A program made the position numbers and the translations under genes. A stretch of DNA of 59,749 nucleotides, counting the filler. It is 9 parts of 9 records of this genome, joined end to end, with 100 filler letters (N's around TTAATTAATTAA, not from the genome) between each part and the next. Parts side by side here need not be neighbours in the genome. Positions count along the whole stretch, not along the records: positions 42,762 to 48,068 come from SRR31147125_269050; positions 48,169 to 59,749 come from SRR31147125_269109; 7 more parts are not named here. The stretch is one strand, 5' to 3'. The notes beneath the pieces are model-generated. The model did no database searches and had not been told where the DNA came from. It saw nothing but the letters and a program-made list of their open reading frames with translations. Within the stretch, counting starts at the first letter, position 1. Each line of letters starts with the position of its first letter. Positions 42,762 through 53,275 of the stretch are shown piece after piece.

Positions 42762-45700
42762 AATGCGTTACGTTGGTTCCTTACCTGTCCATCGTTGATG
42801 AATGCTTGTGCAACGCGGGCGTCTGCATGGACCTCTTTATACTCAGAGTTGGTTTGGATGGCATCCAATTGTGCTTTGAGTCGAATCGCCTGCTCGCGAT
42901 GTGTGTGCAAAGAGTGCAAAGAGTGCAAAGATCGTAGGATCTCATCATGACACGAACCTGGCGGGTGGGTGGAGAAAGCACTGCCGTAGGAGTCAGAATA
43001 GCACCTCCCGGTCCCATGCGTGACACCAGAAAAACAGCCAGTACGAGAGCCATCAGACGAAAGCGTACAGAAAACGGAGACTGAAGGGCCCATGGGGTAA
43101 GGAAGCAAGTGGATCGAATCCCATCGTATCAAACCTTCTCTCCGAGTCCCAGAACCCCAAGGATCCCTTCATTGGAGCGTGACGCTGAAGCTTTGGCCAT
43201 ACATTCAATCAGCTGCGTGAGCCGCTTCAACAGGGCCTGTGCCTCTCGTTTGTCACCACACACAAGAAAAGGGGGAGGGGGACACGGTCGCACCGCATCA
43301 GATGCGAGACGGGACAATGTCGTATGTGCGATTTGCACTTCGAGTGCCTTGGACCACAACAACAGTGCCTTGTGCTCCTGTCTTGGTCTAAGTTGGACGT
43401 CTGCGATCCAAGTCCACATCCTCTCCAACAATTCTCCTTCCTCCTGAGCACTCCGACATCGATCCACCAGTTGCAGACTGATAGAAGAACCTTCAGTGTG
43501 CGCATTGTACGTGGAATGATGTGTCATCCCCACCTCACTGCATGCAATGTGAGAAGATTGCATGACTTCAAACATCCCCGGATGAACTCTTCTTCATCAA
43601 GCTGGTATAGGCCCATTAGCAAGGCAACTCGCATCCTCCCTTTCCAATACCTCGGGAACCTCGAGACGCTCCACCACAGAACCCCACTCCGAGGTGAGAG
43701 AAGTGAAGTGACTCATGATACAACCTTCGATCAGATCGGACATACGTCCTACATGCAACACCCTGCCACGTATGTGCAGAAGGTTAGTTCTCTGTTTGTC
43801 TCGTGGGCCACCCATCCACAGACGTGCGACACGCAGATTGAATTGTCAAAAGCCTGAGACTGGGACACTCGACCAGCGATTCCACCAGTGCTTGACGCAC
43901 AACCTCCTCTTTCTCGCCGCACACATTCAATATGAGAAGAATGTCCTATGGTACACAATGTGTTGTTGGTTATGTGGGTTGGATGGGGGTTAGGAGACAA
44001 TACATACGTTCAGGATTGTGAGAATACAATTCTCGTCGTCCGTGATTCCTGCGGCTCTCTGAAGGCATCGCATTGTATCTCCCAAAACAGCCTTGTTCGC
44101 TCGACCCACTACAGGTGTGGGAATCTCCCCAGCACCTGGTGGGGGTGGGAACAGAAGCGCAACTGTACACCGAACAAGGGCCTGAAGCTTGGAGAATGTT
44201 GCCTCCACGCCGCCATGCTCCTAGTACACAGATAAGCCTGGCACGCGTGAGCAGTGGACAAGGACGCACATTCGGGGTGCCGTCCAGACTGCACGCTGCC
44301 GCTAGTAAACGAAACATCATCACACGTCTCCCCTCTTCAGATTCAATATGAGTGGACTCGGACGATTTGTTGAAGGTTGTAGTGTGCTCCTCCTTCAGCA
44401 TGTCTGGATTGGCCAGGACAGTGCCGGCCACATCAGAAAGAACCGATTCAAAGGTAGTGAGCGCCACAGCAGTCCTGACGATTCGTCATTCAATGAATGA
44501 ATCAGGGCCTTCGATCTCTCGCCGCACCAGTTTTGCTTGGTTGCCTGGTGAAGATAGGACATAACATTTTCCGGAATGGGCAGGGGCAGTGAACGACACA
44601 GGAGAATGGACAAAGAAAACAGCGTCTCAACATAAGATTGAGTGATCGTCACCTGCGGGAGGTTCATGCGCGAAAGAAGTAAACCGATAAAGGAGAACAC
44701 AGTGGAATAGCTCTTCGACGGTACAGCAGACGCCAGATCAATCATCTGAGTCCAGCACTGGGTTCAACACACCATACACACACAGACACACACTGATAGG
44801 TGGCACCTGCACGGCTTCGTCTTCGGACAAGATATGTTGACTCCACGGCAGGTCGGACAGATACGTATGAATGTCCTGATACAAACGAGGGGACCAGGTG
44901 AGGACATCAAACAAACAACGGCTCGAGTACGTCGCACCGCCAGTGTTTCTGGTGCCACATAGGGTGCTATTTCATTATTGTACGCAAGGAACAAGCGCGA
45001 CAGAACCTTGAAAACATCCCTTAGATATCGTCTTCCCATGCGAATTCTCACGCACTCACGCACTCACGCACTCACGCACCATGGGATCAAAGGAGAAAAC
45101 AGTGGCAAGGGTGTACCGCAGAGATTCCATTGCAGATTTGAGCCCCTCTGTCATATTGGGGAGATGGCCCGCCGCCACCCAGGGACGATACACGATCCAA
45201 AGAGAGTCCCAAATGCGTTGACAAACATTCTCATCAAGCGATTGGCTGGCTGTTTCTGCTAAGCTGGTTGCACTGTACACACTTGAGAAGAAGGAGAAAA
45301 ACGAGGCACAATACGGTTCCCACAAAACAACCAGATCCTGTTTGTGGAATGGAGTAAAGGAAAGGCCACTGAAACAACGAGACCCAGAATACGTACATTC
45401 GCTGAGTTCTGAATTCCTTGAAAGAACTTGCCTACCAACTCTCCCGTGCGGCACACATGGTCAAAAGGTAGTTGGTGCCGAAGAGGTAGCTCCTCCATTA
45501 CTGTCCACAGTTTGGGTGGGGCATCGCGCACTGTATACCAGAGCCAGGTAAGGAGGGACACTCAAGGACAGTGGTACCATTGCAACGTTCAAGCAGCATA
45601 TGAAGTGCGTCGTCGTAGAGCTGAGGAAAGGACGAGACAACCACACTTCGAAACGTCTGACGATGCCGTGAGGGACACACCTACGACAGACGGCTCACAA

Positions 45701-48068
45701 TGCATACGGTGCAATAGAATTGAAAGATCTCCGAATCTGCCTCGATCAAGGAGGAGGAGCCACAAGGAAATCGAGTGAGCTCGATCATACACACATTCAG
45801 GATGTGGAGACGATCCGAAACGGATGGACGCGTGCAAAGCCACTGAATTGCTTTGCGTTATTCCACGTACGCCACAACAGACGAACCATTCCAATATCGA
45901 AGCGGCGAAGTATTGGTAGATTTCGTGACTGGATCATATCGTAGGAACGGGCAACCGTCTATACAAGAACACCGTACGTTCTTTGTGCGCAGGTGAGACA
46001 TGTGAGAAACCCACCTCAAAGAGCATTGAAACGTGGCTGGGTTCGTTTGGATGAAAGAACTCTACGAGACGAGAGATACGCGAAGCATCTTCCAACATCA
46101 ATCCCAGAAGATGATTCACTTGCTGTTTGTTGATCGAGTGAATATCGCTTTTTCTTACCCCTGGGATGTAGCACATCTCACCTGTGGATCGTCAAGACCT
46201 GCGACATGGGATCCCGCCATACGAATGCTGCAGTCGTGTCCGTGTGTCAGGAGCACTCCCCCCAACGAGATATGATTACTACCAATCAGGAATCATCGAT
46301 GCAGTCGGGGGAAACTTCGTGTGGCCTCGGAGTCGAGTTCCACCAAACGCCAGAAGATCCCAAGATCAGCCTCACGACGGCGTCCCGTCGATGTGACACT
46401 CCCAAATTGTTGAACCAAACGGAGGACGCGCATGCATGCCACCGAGAGGTCATCCCTGGTCAAAGAATCAACGTTCTGTGCTGTGAAATAGGTTCCCAAC
46501 TCACCACACAGGTCGGGTTTCCACGAGTTCCTTGTATTGACGTCGTGTATTCTGCATTGACTGCTCTACGATAACGTCGAAACGGTGCTCAGACATGTGA
46601 AACGTAAACACAGCAGACCCATGGCACGAGGGGCCACATGCCTTGTCTTGAGTGTGGACGAACGGGTGTGAGGACTCCAGCAACAAATCGTCTAGGCATA
46701 CTACGTCTACGTACGCTTGATTGCATCCATTGGATCGTTGCGATGCAGTGTGGGCAACAACTTCATATACGTAGCATCGAGCTCTTGCAGGCGTCGCACG
46801 ATGGTTGAGTGGCGAAGGGCCGCATTGGTGATCAAGGAAACATCCTCATTGAACCGAACTCGTGGATCCTCTTCGAACGAGAGGGCAGGTGGTTTGGTAG
46901 CGAATGGTGGTACCACAACAGCGACATCATCTCCAATGATCCCACTAAAACGGTCTTCGCCACGTTTGCGACAGGATTCTAAGGGAGGTGAGAAGGGAGA
47001 AAGAGAGACAGAGATGGACCAACCAGCTGATGGGCCGCCTTGGGTCTCACGAACAGATCGTGGCGACAGGGGGGAGTCTACTATCCAGCGTCGACACAGT
47101 GCTTCATCCAGCACTCGTAGTTTTGATTCCGAGACCGTATCAAACCACAACAATGCACGTCCACCGTCTGCATGAATTTAGCACACCATTCAGAGGAAGG
47201 AGACCACCAGTCGTACCTCTTGCGAATAGATCATCGTGCAAGATACGAGAGAGCCGGTTCACCCCATCAGCGTCGTTCCGTTGAGAGAGTTCCTCCGGGG
47301 ATGCAGTGATCCAGCGTGCTATGGCTTGATAAGAAAGGGATACCCCGAGGCTAGGTGCATTACGCGCAGCGGCGGCCGCGGCAGCAGCAGTTTTTCCAAG
47401 CAAATCAAGGCGACGCAACACAGATTGCTGAACCTTGCCCCTGTCATCGAGCATTGTGAGAGGGACTTCACACACCACACACTACACACTGATGAGTAAG
47501 AATACGTCGGCCGTAGAAGCACTCCGTTCCGTCTCGTCGATCTGAATCCATCTCGTTATGTTTCTGTTTCTCTCTCCCACACGGTTCACACAACATACGG
47601 ATTCGAGAGAGAGCAAGTGACAAAAAGCACTGCCAAAAAAGCGGAAGTGCTGGCTCATCCACGTCCAAGCTCGCAGCAAGTCTTCCCCACTGAAAAATGG
47701 GGAGCTCTTTGACTTTGACTGGTACCAAGAGGTTAACCCCGAGGGTTGCTACCGAAGCCACGTACATCCTTTCTCTTCGAACGATTCACGACCATTCGCA
47801 ATATTCTCTCCCATCTTCTGCCATTCATTATTGCGTGCGCATGTCTCCGCATCTATTCCCGTGAGTGTGAGTGGGTGAAAACGAATCAAACCAGAGAAGA
47901 GAACACACAGAGAGCCTCAAACGCCAACCACGGAAAACGTTCATCCAACAAACATGACGACGACGACGATGATGGCAACAATTTCTGCGAGTATCATGAT
48001 GCAAAACGAGTGTGTGCCCTAGGATCTACGTACCAGAGAGGCCAGAGAGGCCAACAAGGCAGAACCCC
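42762..48068 (-). CDS. EPG5: Eukaryotic multi-exon gene fragment: EPG5-like autophagy tether (C-terminal part)
   Basis: Exon peptides 'LPIFQWGRLAASLDVDEPALPLFWQCFLSLAL...CFYGRR', 'EGILGVLGLGEK' and 'LDAIQTNSEYKEVHADARVAQAFI' parallel, in order, segments of animal EPG5 as I recall them; short GT-AG introns such as 47168-47216. Confidence 0.7.
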
Positions 48069-48362
48069 NNNNNNNNNNNNNNNNNNNNNNNNNNNNNNNN
48101 NNNNNNNNNNNNTTAATTAATTAANNNNNNNNNNNNNNNNNNNNNNNNNNNNNNNNNNNNNNNNNNNNCCCTCTGGTTACCCTCTTGCCTTTACCACACT
48201 GATAATTTTGTGCAAGAGCCCAATACGTTTTCTGCATTTTCCGGCGATTCGATACAACTCGTTGAAACATGGGTGTAAAACTGATATTACTCAGAGGAGA
48301 TTTCCGTCCGGGACGGAAAACCGACGCATCTCCATCGCAGCTCAACACGGACTTCGCTACCG

Positions 48363-48581
48363 ATGTCACTCCTGAGAAAGATCATCAAAGCCCCGTTCAT
48401 AGCCGGATTCATCCTGCTCATCTACCTGCTCGGAGCGAGCTGTCTGGAACGGGTCAACGGGTTTGCCCCCGCGTTCGGCTGGTCGGACACGACGGTGCGT
48501 ATCATCGAGATCGTTCTGATCGCCTTCTTCGCCTGGATCTCCATCCTCATAGCCCTGAAGATCTTCACCAGCGATGATTAA
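48363..48581 (+). CDS. Small two-TM membrane protein
   Basis: Two hydrophobic stretches; overlaps the MFS start. Confidence 0.6.
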   Translation: MSLLRKIIKAPFIAGFILLIYLLGASCLERVNGFAPAFGWSDTTVRIIEIVLIAFFAWISILIALKIFTSDD

Positions 48582-49833
48582 GCGCCTGAAGCCGACGCGG
48601 GAGGAGAAGAGCTGGATCCTCTACGACGCGGCCAACTCCGTGTTCGTACTGGTCATGGTGACGGCCATTCTGCCGATCTATTTCAAGGAAGTCATCTCCG
48701 CCGGCGTGCCCGCAGCGGTGTCGACATCGAACTGGGCGTTCGGCAACTCCCTCGCGTCACTGCTGCTCGCGATTCTCGCCCCGCTGCTCGGGACCATGGC
48801 CGACTACCGGGGCTACAAGAAGCCGTTCTTCCTCGTTTTCCTCGGCATCGGACTGCTGTTCACGATGGCGCTGATCATCCCCACCGCCGGCCAGTGGCAG
48901 CTCTGCCTGGCACTCTACATCCTGGCCCGCATCGGCTGGTCCGGAGCCAACCTGTTCTATGACGCATTCCTCGTCGATGTGACCAGCATCGAACGGATGG
49001 ACCGCATCTCCGCACGCGGCTTCGGGTTCGGCTACATCGGCAGCGTGATCCCGTTCTCGATCATCATCGCGCTGATCCTCGGCGCGGGGATCGGCGACGG
49101 CCTGCCGCCGCTCGTGACCAGGGCCGGATTCATTATTGTCGTGCTCTGGTGGCTCGTGCTCTCCGTCCCCGCCGCCCGGGACCTCCGGCAGAACTACTCC
49201 ATCGAACCAGTCTCCCGGCCCCTCATCGAAGGCTTCAAGCGGCTGGCAACTACCTTTGCAAATATCCGCGAACACCGGCAGGTGTTTCTCTTCCTCGCCG
49301 CCTACTTCTTCTATATCGACGGGGTCGGCACCATCATCTCCATGGCCACGGCCTACGGCCACGACCTCGGGTTCGGCGCAGGGCTGCTGATAACCGTGAT
49401 CCTCTTCATCCAGATCGTCGCATTCCCGTTCACCCTGCTCTACGGAAGGATGGCGGCGCGTTTCGGTGCGAGGTCGATGATCATGGGGGGAATCGGGGTG
49501 TACGTGGTGGTCACGCTGATGTCGTTTGCGCTGCCGTTCATCGCCAGCCACTCTATCCGGCACGCACTGTTCTGGGTCGTCGCGCTGCTGGTCGCATCGT
49601 CGATGGGGGGAATCCAGGCGTTGAGCAGGAGCTATTTCGGCAAACTGATACCGCCGGAGAAGAGCGCCGAGTTTTTCGGGTTTTACAACGTGTGCGGCCG
49701 CTTCGCGGCCATCGCGGGACCGCTGCTGCTCGGCGTCGTCGGAAGGCTGACCGGAGACACCCGCTGGGGCGTTCTCGCACTCGTGTTCCTCTTTATCATC
49801 GGGGCCTGGCTGCTGAGCCGGGTAAAATCCTGA
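48574..49833 (+). CDS. MFS transporter (UMF1/Atg22-like)
   Basis: 'SWILYDAANS', 'GTMADYRG', 'ANLFYDAFL' and 'GGIQALSRSYF..LIP..KSAEFFGFY'. Confidence 0.88.
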   Translation: MIKRLKPTREEKSWILYDAANSVFVLVMVTAILPIYFKEVISAGVPAAVSTSNWAFGNSLASLLLAILAPLLGTMADYRGYKKPFFLVFLGIGLLFTMALIIPTAGQWQLCLALYILARIGWSGANLFYDAFLVDVTSIERMDRISARGFGFGYIGSVIPFSIIIALILGAGIGDGLPPLVTRAGFIIVVLWWLVLSVPAARDLRQNYSIEPVSRPLIEGFKRLATTFANIREHRQVFLFLAAYFFYIDGVGTIISMATAYGHDLGFGAGLLITVILFIQIVAFPFTLLYGRMAARFGARSMIMGGIGVYVVVTLMSFALPFIASHSIRHALFWVVALLVASSMGGIQALSRSYFGKLIPPEKSAEFFGFYNVCGRFAAIAGPLLLGVVGRLTGDTRWGVLALVFLFIIGAWLLSRVKS

Positions 49834-49846
49834 TCTCCCCTGCCCG

Positions 49847-51649
49847 TCACGAGCCCGAAGATTCAAGACGACCCGTGCCCGCCCGGTACCAGTGGCGGAC
49901 AAATCCTCCCAGCGACATCGGTTCGAAGCCGCGCACCTGGTTCTGCGCGGCTATCCTGAACGCCAGCGACCACTGCTCGATCAGCACCCGCCACGCGTAC
50001 AGAATCGAGTTCTTCGGATCGTAGATGTGTGCGGCCTCCGAGGTCAGTCCGTTCAACTCGATGATTTTCAGGTTGCGCCCGCGCGAGAAATCGTGCTCGT
50101 CCGGCGCCTTGATGTCGAAACGGCCGAAATAAAACCCGTCGTAGGACTCGACAACACGCTCAACGGCCTCGAGCAGCTCCGGGGTGATCAGGTCGGACCC
50201 ATCCAGAAACACCGCACCGCGACAGTGGGTTCCGACGGTACCCAGCTGTTTGGCGTGTCCGACCGGAACGATGTCCAACAGTTCAGCACTGAGTGTTTTG
50301 AAGAAAACCGGCGCCATGCAGACGGCCCGCTCATCCGCGAGGATCAGTTCCTCAAGCGTGCGGCTGCCGTCGCCCATCACGGACAGGAGCTTCTTGCGGT
50401 TCACCGAGAAGATCTTGCCGCGCTCATCGCCGGGCATCCGGTAGTAGAACAGCCCGAACTCCATCCCCGGCAGGTACTCCATCATCAGATAGTCACCGGT
50501 GACCGTTTCGAGCCATGCGGCTGCCTGCACACCCGTTGAACAGATCTCCACTCCCTGTCCGCGTTGTCCTCGGTCGGGTTTGAGTACCACCGGATAGCTG
50601 AGCCCGTGATCTGCCATGAAACCTTCCAGCAGATCCATGCGCGCCCCGGGATCCCCCGGTTTATGGACCGCGTCGCACTGCGCGTTACTCCCGCACGTTT
50701 CCCCGGAATCGCACGCCTCGGCGCTCACCTGGCGCCAGCGGCCCACCAGTTCCGGGTTGAGTCCCCGCAGGATGTCCGCCTTACTCTCCCCGAGGAAGCC
50801 GCTGTCGGGCCTGATCGCGGGGTTTGTCACGGTGAACAGGGTCGGCCTGCGATATTTGATCACGCCGGTGCAGAGGACATAGACGAAGGTGACCACGTTG
50901 ACCACGTAGTACGGCCAGAATTCCCAGTGCACCAGGCGTCGCCACCAGCCCACCAGCAGCCTGCGCCCGCGCCAGGTGAACAGGCGGGGCAGAACCCGGG
51001 TGACGAACAACAGCAACCCGAGCAGGACGAGGAATATCCACAACCCCCAAGCCGTGTAGAGCTCGGCAAAATGGACCACCTGGTTGCCGACGACCATCGC
51101 GCCCAGCACCAGCAGCGGTGTCCAGAGCATGACCGCGCAGGCGAAGACCACGAGCAGTCTGGCCATGTCGACCCGCACGAGCCCGGCACCGAGAAAGGTC
51201 GCTGTCCGGGTGCCGGGGACAAAGCGGCTCACGAAGATAATCGGGATCCCGCGCCGCTCGAACAGGTCTCTACACTGGTGCACCGTCTGCTCCGATACAA
51301 GCCATTTCAACGGCGCACGGTGCAGCGCCGTAACGCCGATCAGGTAGCCGGTCAGGTAGAGCAGGATATCGCCGACGTAGATGCCCAGGCCGGCCGCGAC
51401 GACTGCCTCCGGCGGTGAGATGATTCCCCCGGCTGCAAACAGCCCGGCCGCGATGCAGGCGAGGTCCTCGCTGATCAGCGTGGCCGCAGCGATGCAGAAG
51501 AGCAGCATGAAGCGGTTCAACGAGTGGGCGGCGAACTGCTCGAAACTGCTCAGCAGCGACTGGACCACCTGCTCGCCTCCGCCCCATCCGGCATGCGGAA
51601 GCAGCACCGCACCCAGGACCGTTATCGTGACAATCGATTTAGCTCTCAC
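49847..51649 (-). CDS. DedA/VTT domain fused to an ATP-grasp ligase-like domain
   Basis: DedA: 'SEDLACIAAG', 'GDILLY..G' and 'SRFVPGTR'. ATP-grasp: 'YPVVLKPDRGQRGQGV', 'MEYLPGMEFG' and 'YFGRFDI...IIELNG'. Confidence 0.85.
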   Translation of the reverse strand: MRAKSIVTITVLGAVLLPHAGWGGGEQVVQSLLSSFEQFAAHSLNRFMLLFCIAAATLISEDLACIAAGLFAAGGIISPPEAVVAAGLGIYVGDILLYLTGYLIGVTALHRAPLKWLVSEQTVHQCRDLFERRGIPIIFVSRFVPGTRTATFLGAGLVRVDMARLLVVFACAVMLWTPLLVLGAMVVGNQVVHFAELYTAWGLWIFLVLLGLLLFVTRVLPRLFTWRGRRLLVGWWRRLVHWEFWPYYVVNVVTFVYVLCTGVIKYRRPTLFTVTNPAIRPDSGFLGESKADILRGLNPELVGRWRQVSAEACDSGETCGSNAQCDAVHKPGDPGARMDLLEGFMADHGLSYPVVLKPDRGQRGQGVEICSTGVQAAAWLETVTGDYLMMEYLPGMEFGLFYYRMPGDERGKIFSVNRKKLLSVMGDGSRTLEELILADERAVCMAPVFFKTLSAELLDIVPVGHAKQLGTVGTHCRGAVFLDGSDLITPELLEAVERVVESYDGFYFGRFDIKAPDEHDFSRGRNLKIIELNGLTSEAAHIYDPKNSILYAWRVLIEQWSLAFRIAAQNQVRGFEPMSLGGFVRHWYRAGTGRLESSGS

Positions 51650-52364
51650 GATCCAGGGTCATCACAATAGCAGGTTGCAGCCGCGTCCCGACAGCGACGG
51701 GCCTGTATGAAAAGCTGACCTGGTGCTCATCCACGACGACCCGGCTGTGGCTCACCGTCCGTGCATCGGAGCGCACCATCAGGACCGAGTGGGCAGGTAA
51801 ACCTGGGTCGTGACGGAGGTGATAGGTCTGCAGGTTCTCGAAACGGGAGCCCGGCCGCGCCACCACCTCGGCCCGGTATTGCTCCCTGCGATGGGCGGGG
51901 ACCTCGTCCGGCAGGAACCCGGAGGTGGTAAGCGGACAGGTGATATCCGACTGGGAGCACTGCGTCTGAGCCGAGCCGTCCCAGCTGAACAGAACGGTCG
52001 CCGACCCGTCGTAGCCGAACAGGTAGAAGCCGCGGTAGCGGTCGCAGTCGATCGCACTCATCCGCTCCCGGAGCTGCGTCAGCGACCGCGCCTGAGCACA
52101 AGACACCAGGAGCAACCCGCGGCTGACCGGCTCCTCCGGCACGCGTCCGGTAGCCGTGTAGTTGTTGAGCAGGCAGGCGATCACCCCAGCCTCGTTCACC
52201 CAGATCCACGTGCCGCCGCCGTCCGGGTCGGTCGGCCTGAGCGAGCGCAACCCGTCTTCGTTGAAAACCGCCGGCGGTTGCGCCCTGCTCCGCAGGACCG
52301 ACTCATCACGGTTGAACAGGACCCCGTAGCGGCCCCCCTCCTCCCACCAGGTCAGCGTGCACAT
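51639..52364 (-). CDS. NRDE/TANGO2 family protein (Ntn-hydrolase fold)
   Basis: 'MCTLTW', 'FNRDE' and 'D..GGGTW...LLN'; GGGAGG RBS. Confidence 0.9.
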   Translation of the reverse strand: MCTLTWWEEGGRYGVLFNRDESVLRSRAQPPAVFNEDGLRSLRPTDPDGGGTWIWVNEAGVIACLLNNYTATGRVPEEPVSRGLLLVSCAQARSLTQLRERMSAIDCDRYRGFYLFGYDGSATVLFSWDGSAQTQCSQSDITCPLTTSGFLPDEVPAHRREQYRAEVVARPGSRFENLQTYHLRHDPGLPAHSVLMVRSDARTVSHSRVVVDEHQVSFSYRPVAVGTRLQPAIVMTLDRES

Positions 52365-52383
52365 GATCAGCCTCCCGCCTCCG

Positions 52384-53145
52384 TCACTGTTGCGGCCGGA
52401 CCGGGGACACGGTTTTTATCAGGAACCAGGAGACCGGGATGTAGCCGGCCAGGGCAAGTGCGGCGATCTTCGGGAACACCAGTTCCGGGTTCGTCGAATA
52501 GATCAGCAGGTACGCAGCCAGTGCCGGGATCTTGTCGAGGTGGAAGACGGTGAACAGTGCTGGGACCACACTCCTCATCAGATACGGGTTTTCGGGGGTC
52601 CCTCCTCTCGCGGCGCGGAAGAGCGCGTACAGCGCGAGCGAAATGCCGCAGATAAAGATAACAACCCCGATCAGCACCGTCAGCTCGGGATGCCTGCCGA
52701 CGCTTGAACGGGCGGCCTCATCCGACGGAAACCAGAGAAAGACCGGGAAAAACAGGCTGAACAGGTAGAACAGGACACCGCCGCCGAACAGCTGCAGGTG
52801 GCCTCTGGTAAACGGCTCCCAGTCCTGCTCGCTCCCACCTTCGCCGCCCCCCAGACCTCCGTCCCCACCGAGGACCTCCGCGTCCGGACGCAGCTTGAAG
52901 AGCAGGCCGATCAGCAACACCAGGACCAGGGCGAGCAGCAGAAACGGCCAGGACTCTCCCGGGGCGCTCACCGCGAAGCTCGCCCGGGCGGAACCGGGCG
53001 GCAGCAGGAAGAGAAGTGCGAAAAACAGCGATGTCAGGACCCCGAAGCCGATCAGCAGTGCGCTGATCAAACGCGACAAACCGGCCATGTAGCAGACTCC
53101 GGTGACGACTGAAACAAACACGGCGATGACGATTCTGACGATCAT
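52384..53145 (-). CDS. Hypothetical multi-pass membrane protein
   Basis: About 6-7 hydrophobic segments with a Gly-rich loop. Confidence 0.7.
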   Translation of the reverse strand: MIVRIVIAVFVSVVTGVCYMAGLSRLISALLIGFGVLTSLFFALLFLLPPGSARASFAVSAPGESWPFLLLALVLVLLIGLLFKLRPDAEVLGGDGGLGGGEGGSEQDWEPFTRGHLQLFGGGVLFYLFSLFFPVFLWFPSDEAARSSVGRHPELTVLIGVVIFICGISLALYALFRAARGGTPENPYLMRSVVPALFTVFHLDKIPALAAYLLIYSTNPELVFPKIAALALAGYIPVSWFLIKTVSPVRPQQ

Positions 53146-53275
53146 ATTTTCTGTCCACCTATTCTGGTTTCACATTCCGAAGCAGTATGGTATCCGGGGC
53201 AGCTCAGCCCCCCCGTTCCCCCGTTGTGCAGACTGGTGTCACCATAATCATTGTGGTGCGGCCGGCGCAACGGGA

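Noticed and set aside
47168-47186. Possible 19-nt ultra-short intron GTGTGCTAAATTCATGCAG
   Set aside because: An upstream donor GTACGA at 47216 has the same phase and gives a 49-nt intron, in line with the other introns.
5166-48168. Recurring TTAATTAATTAA motif inside N-runs
   Set aside because: Artificial linker; adjacency across it (e.g. eukaryote next to bacteria) is not evidence of gene transfer.
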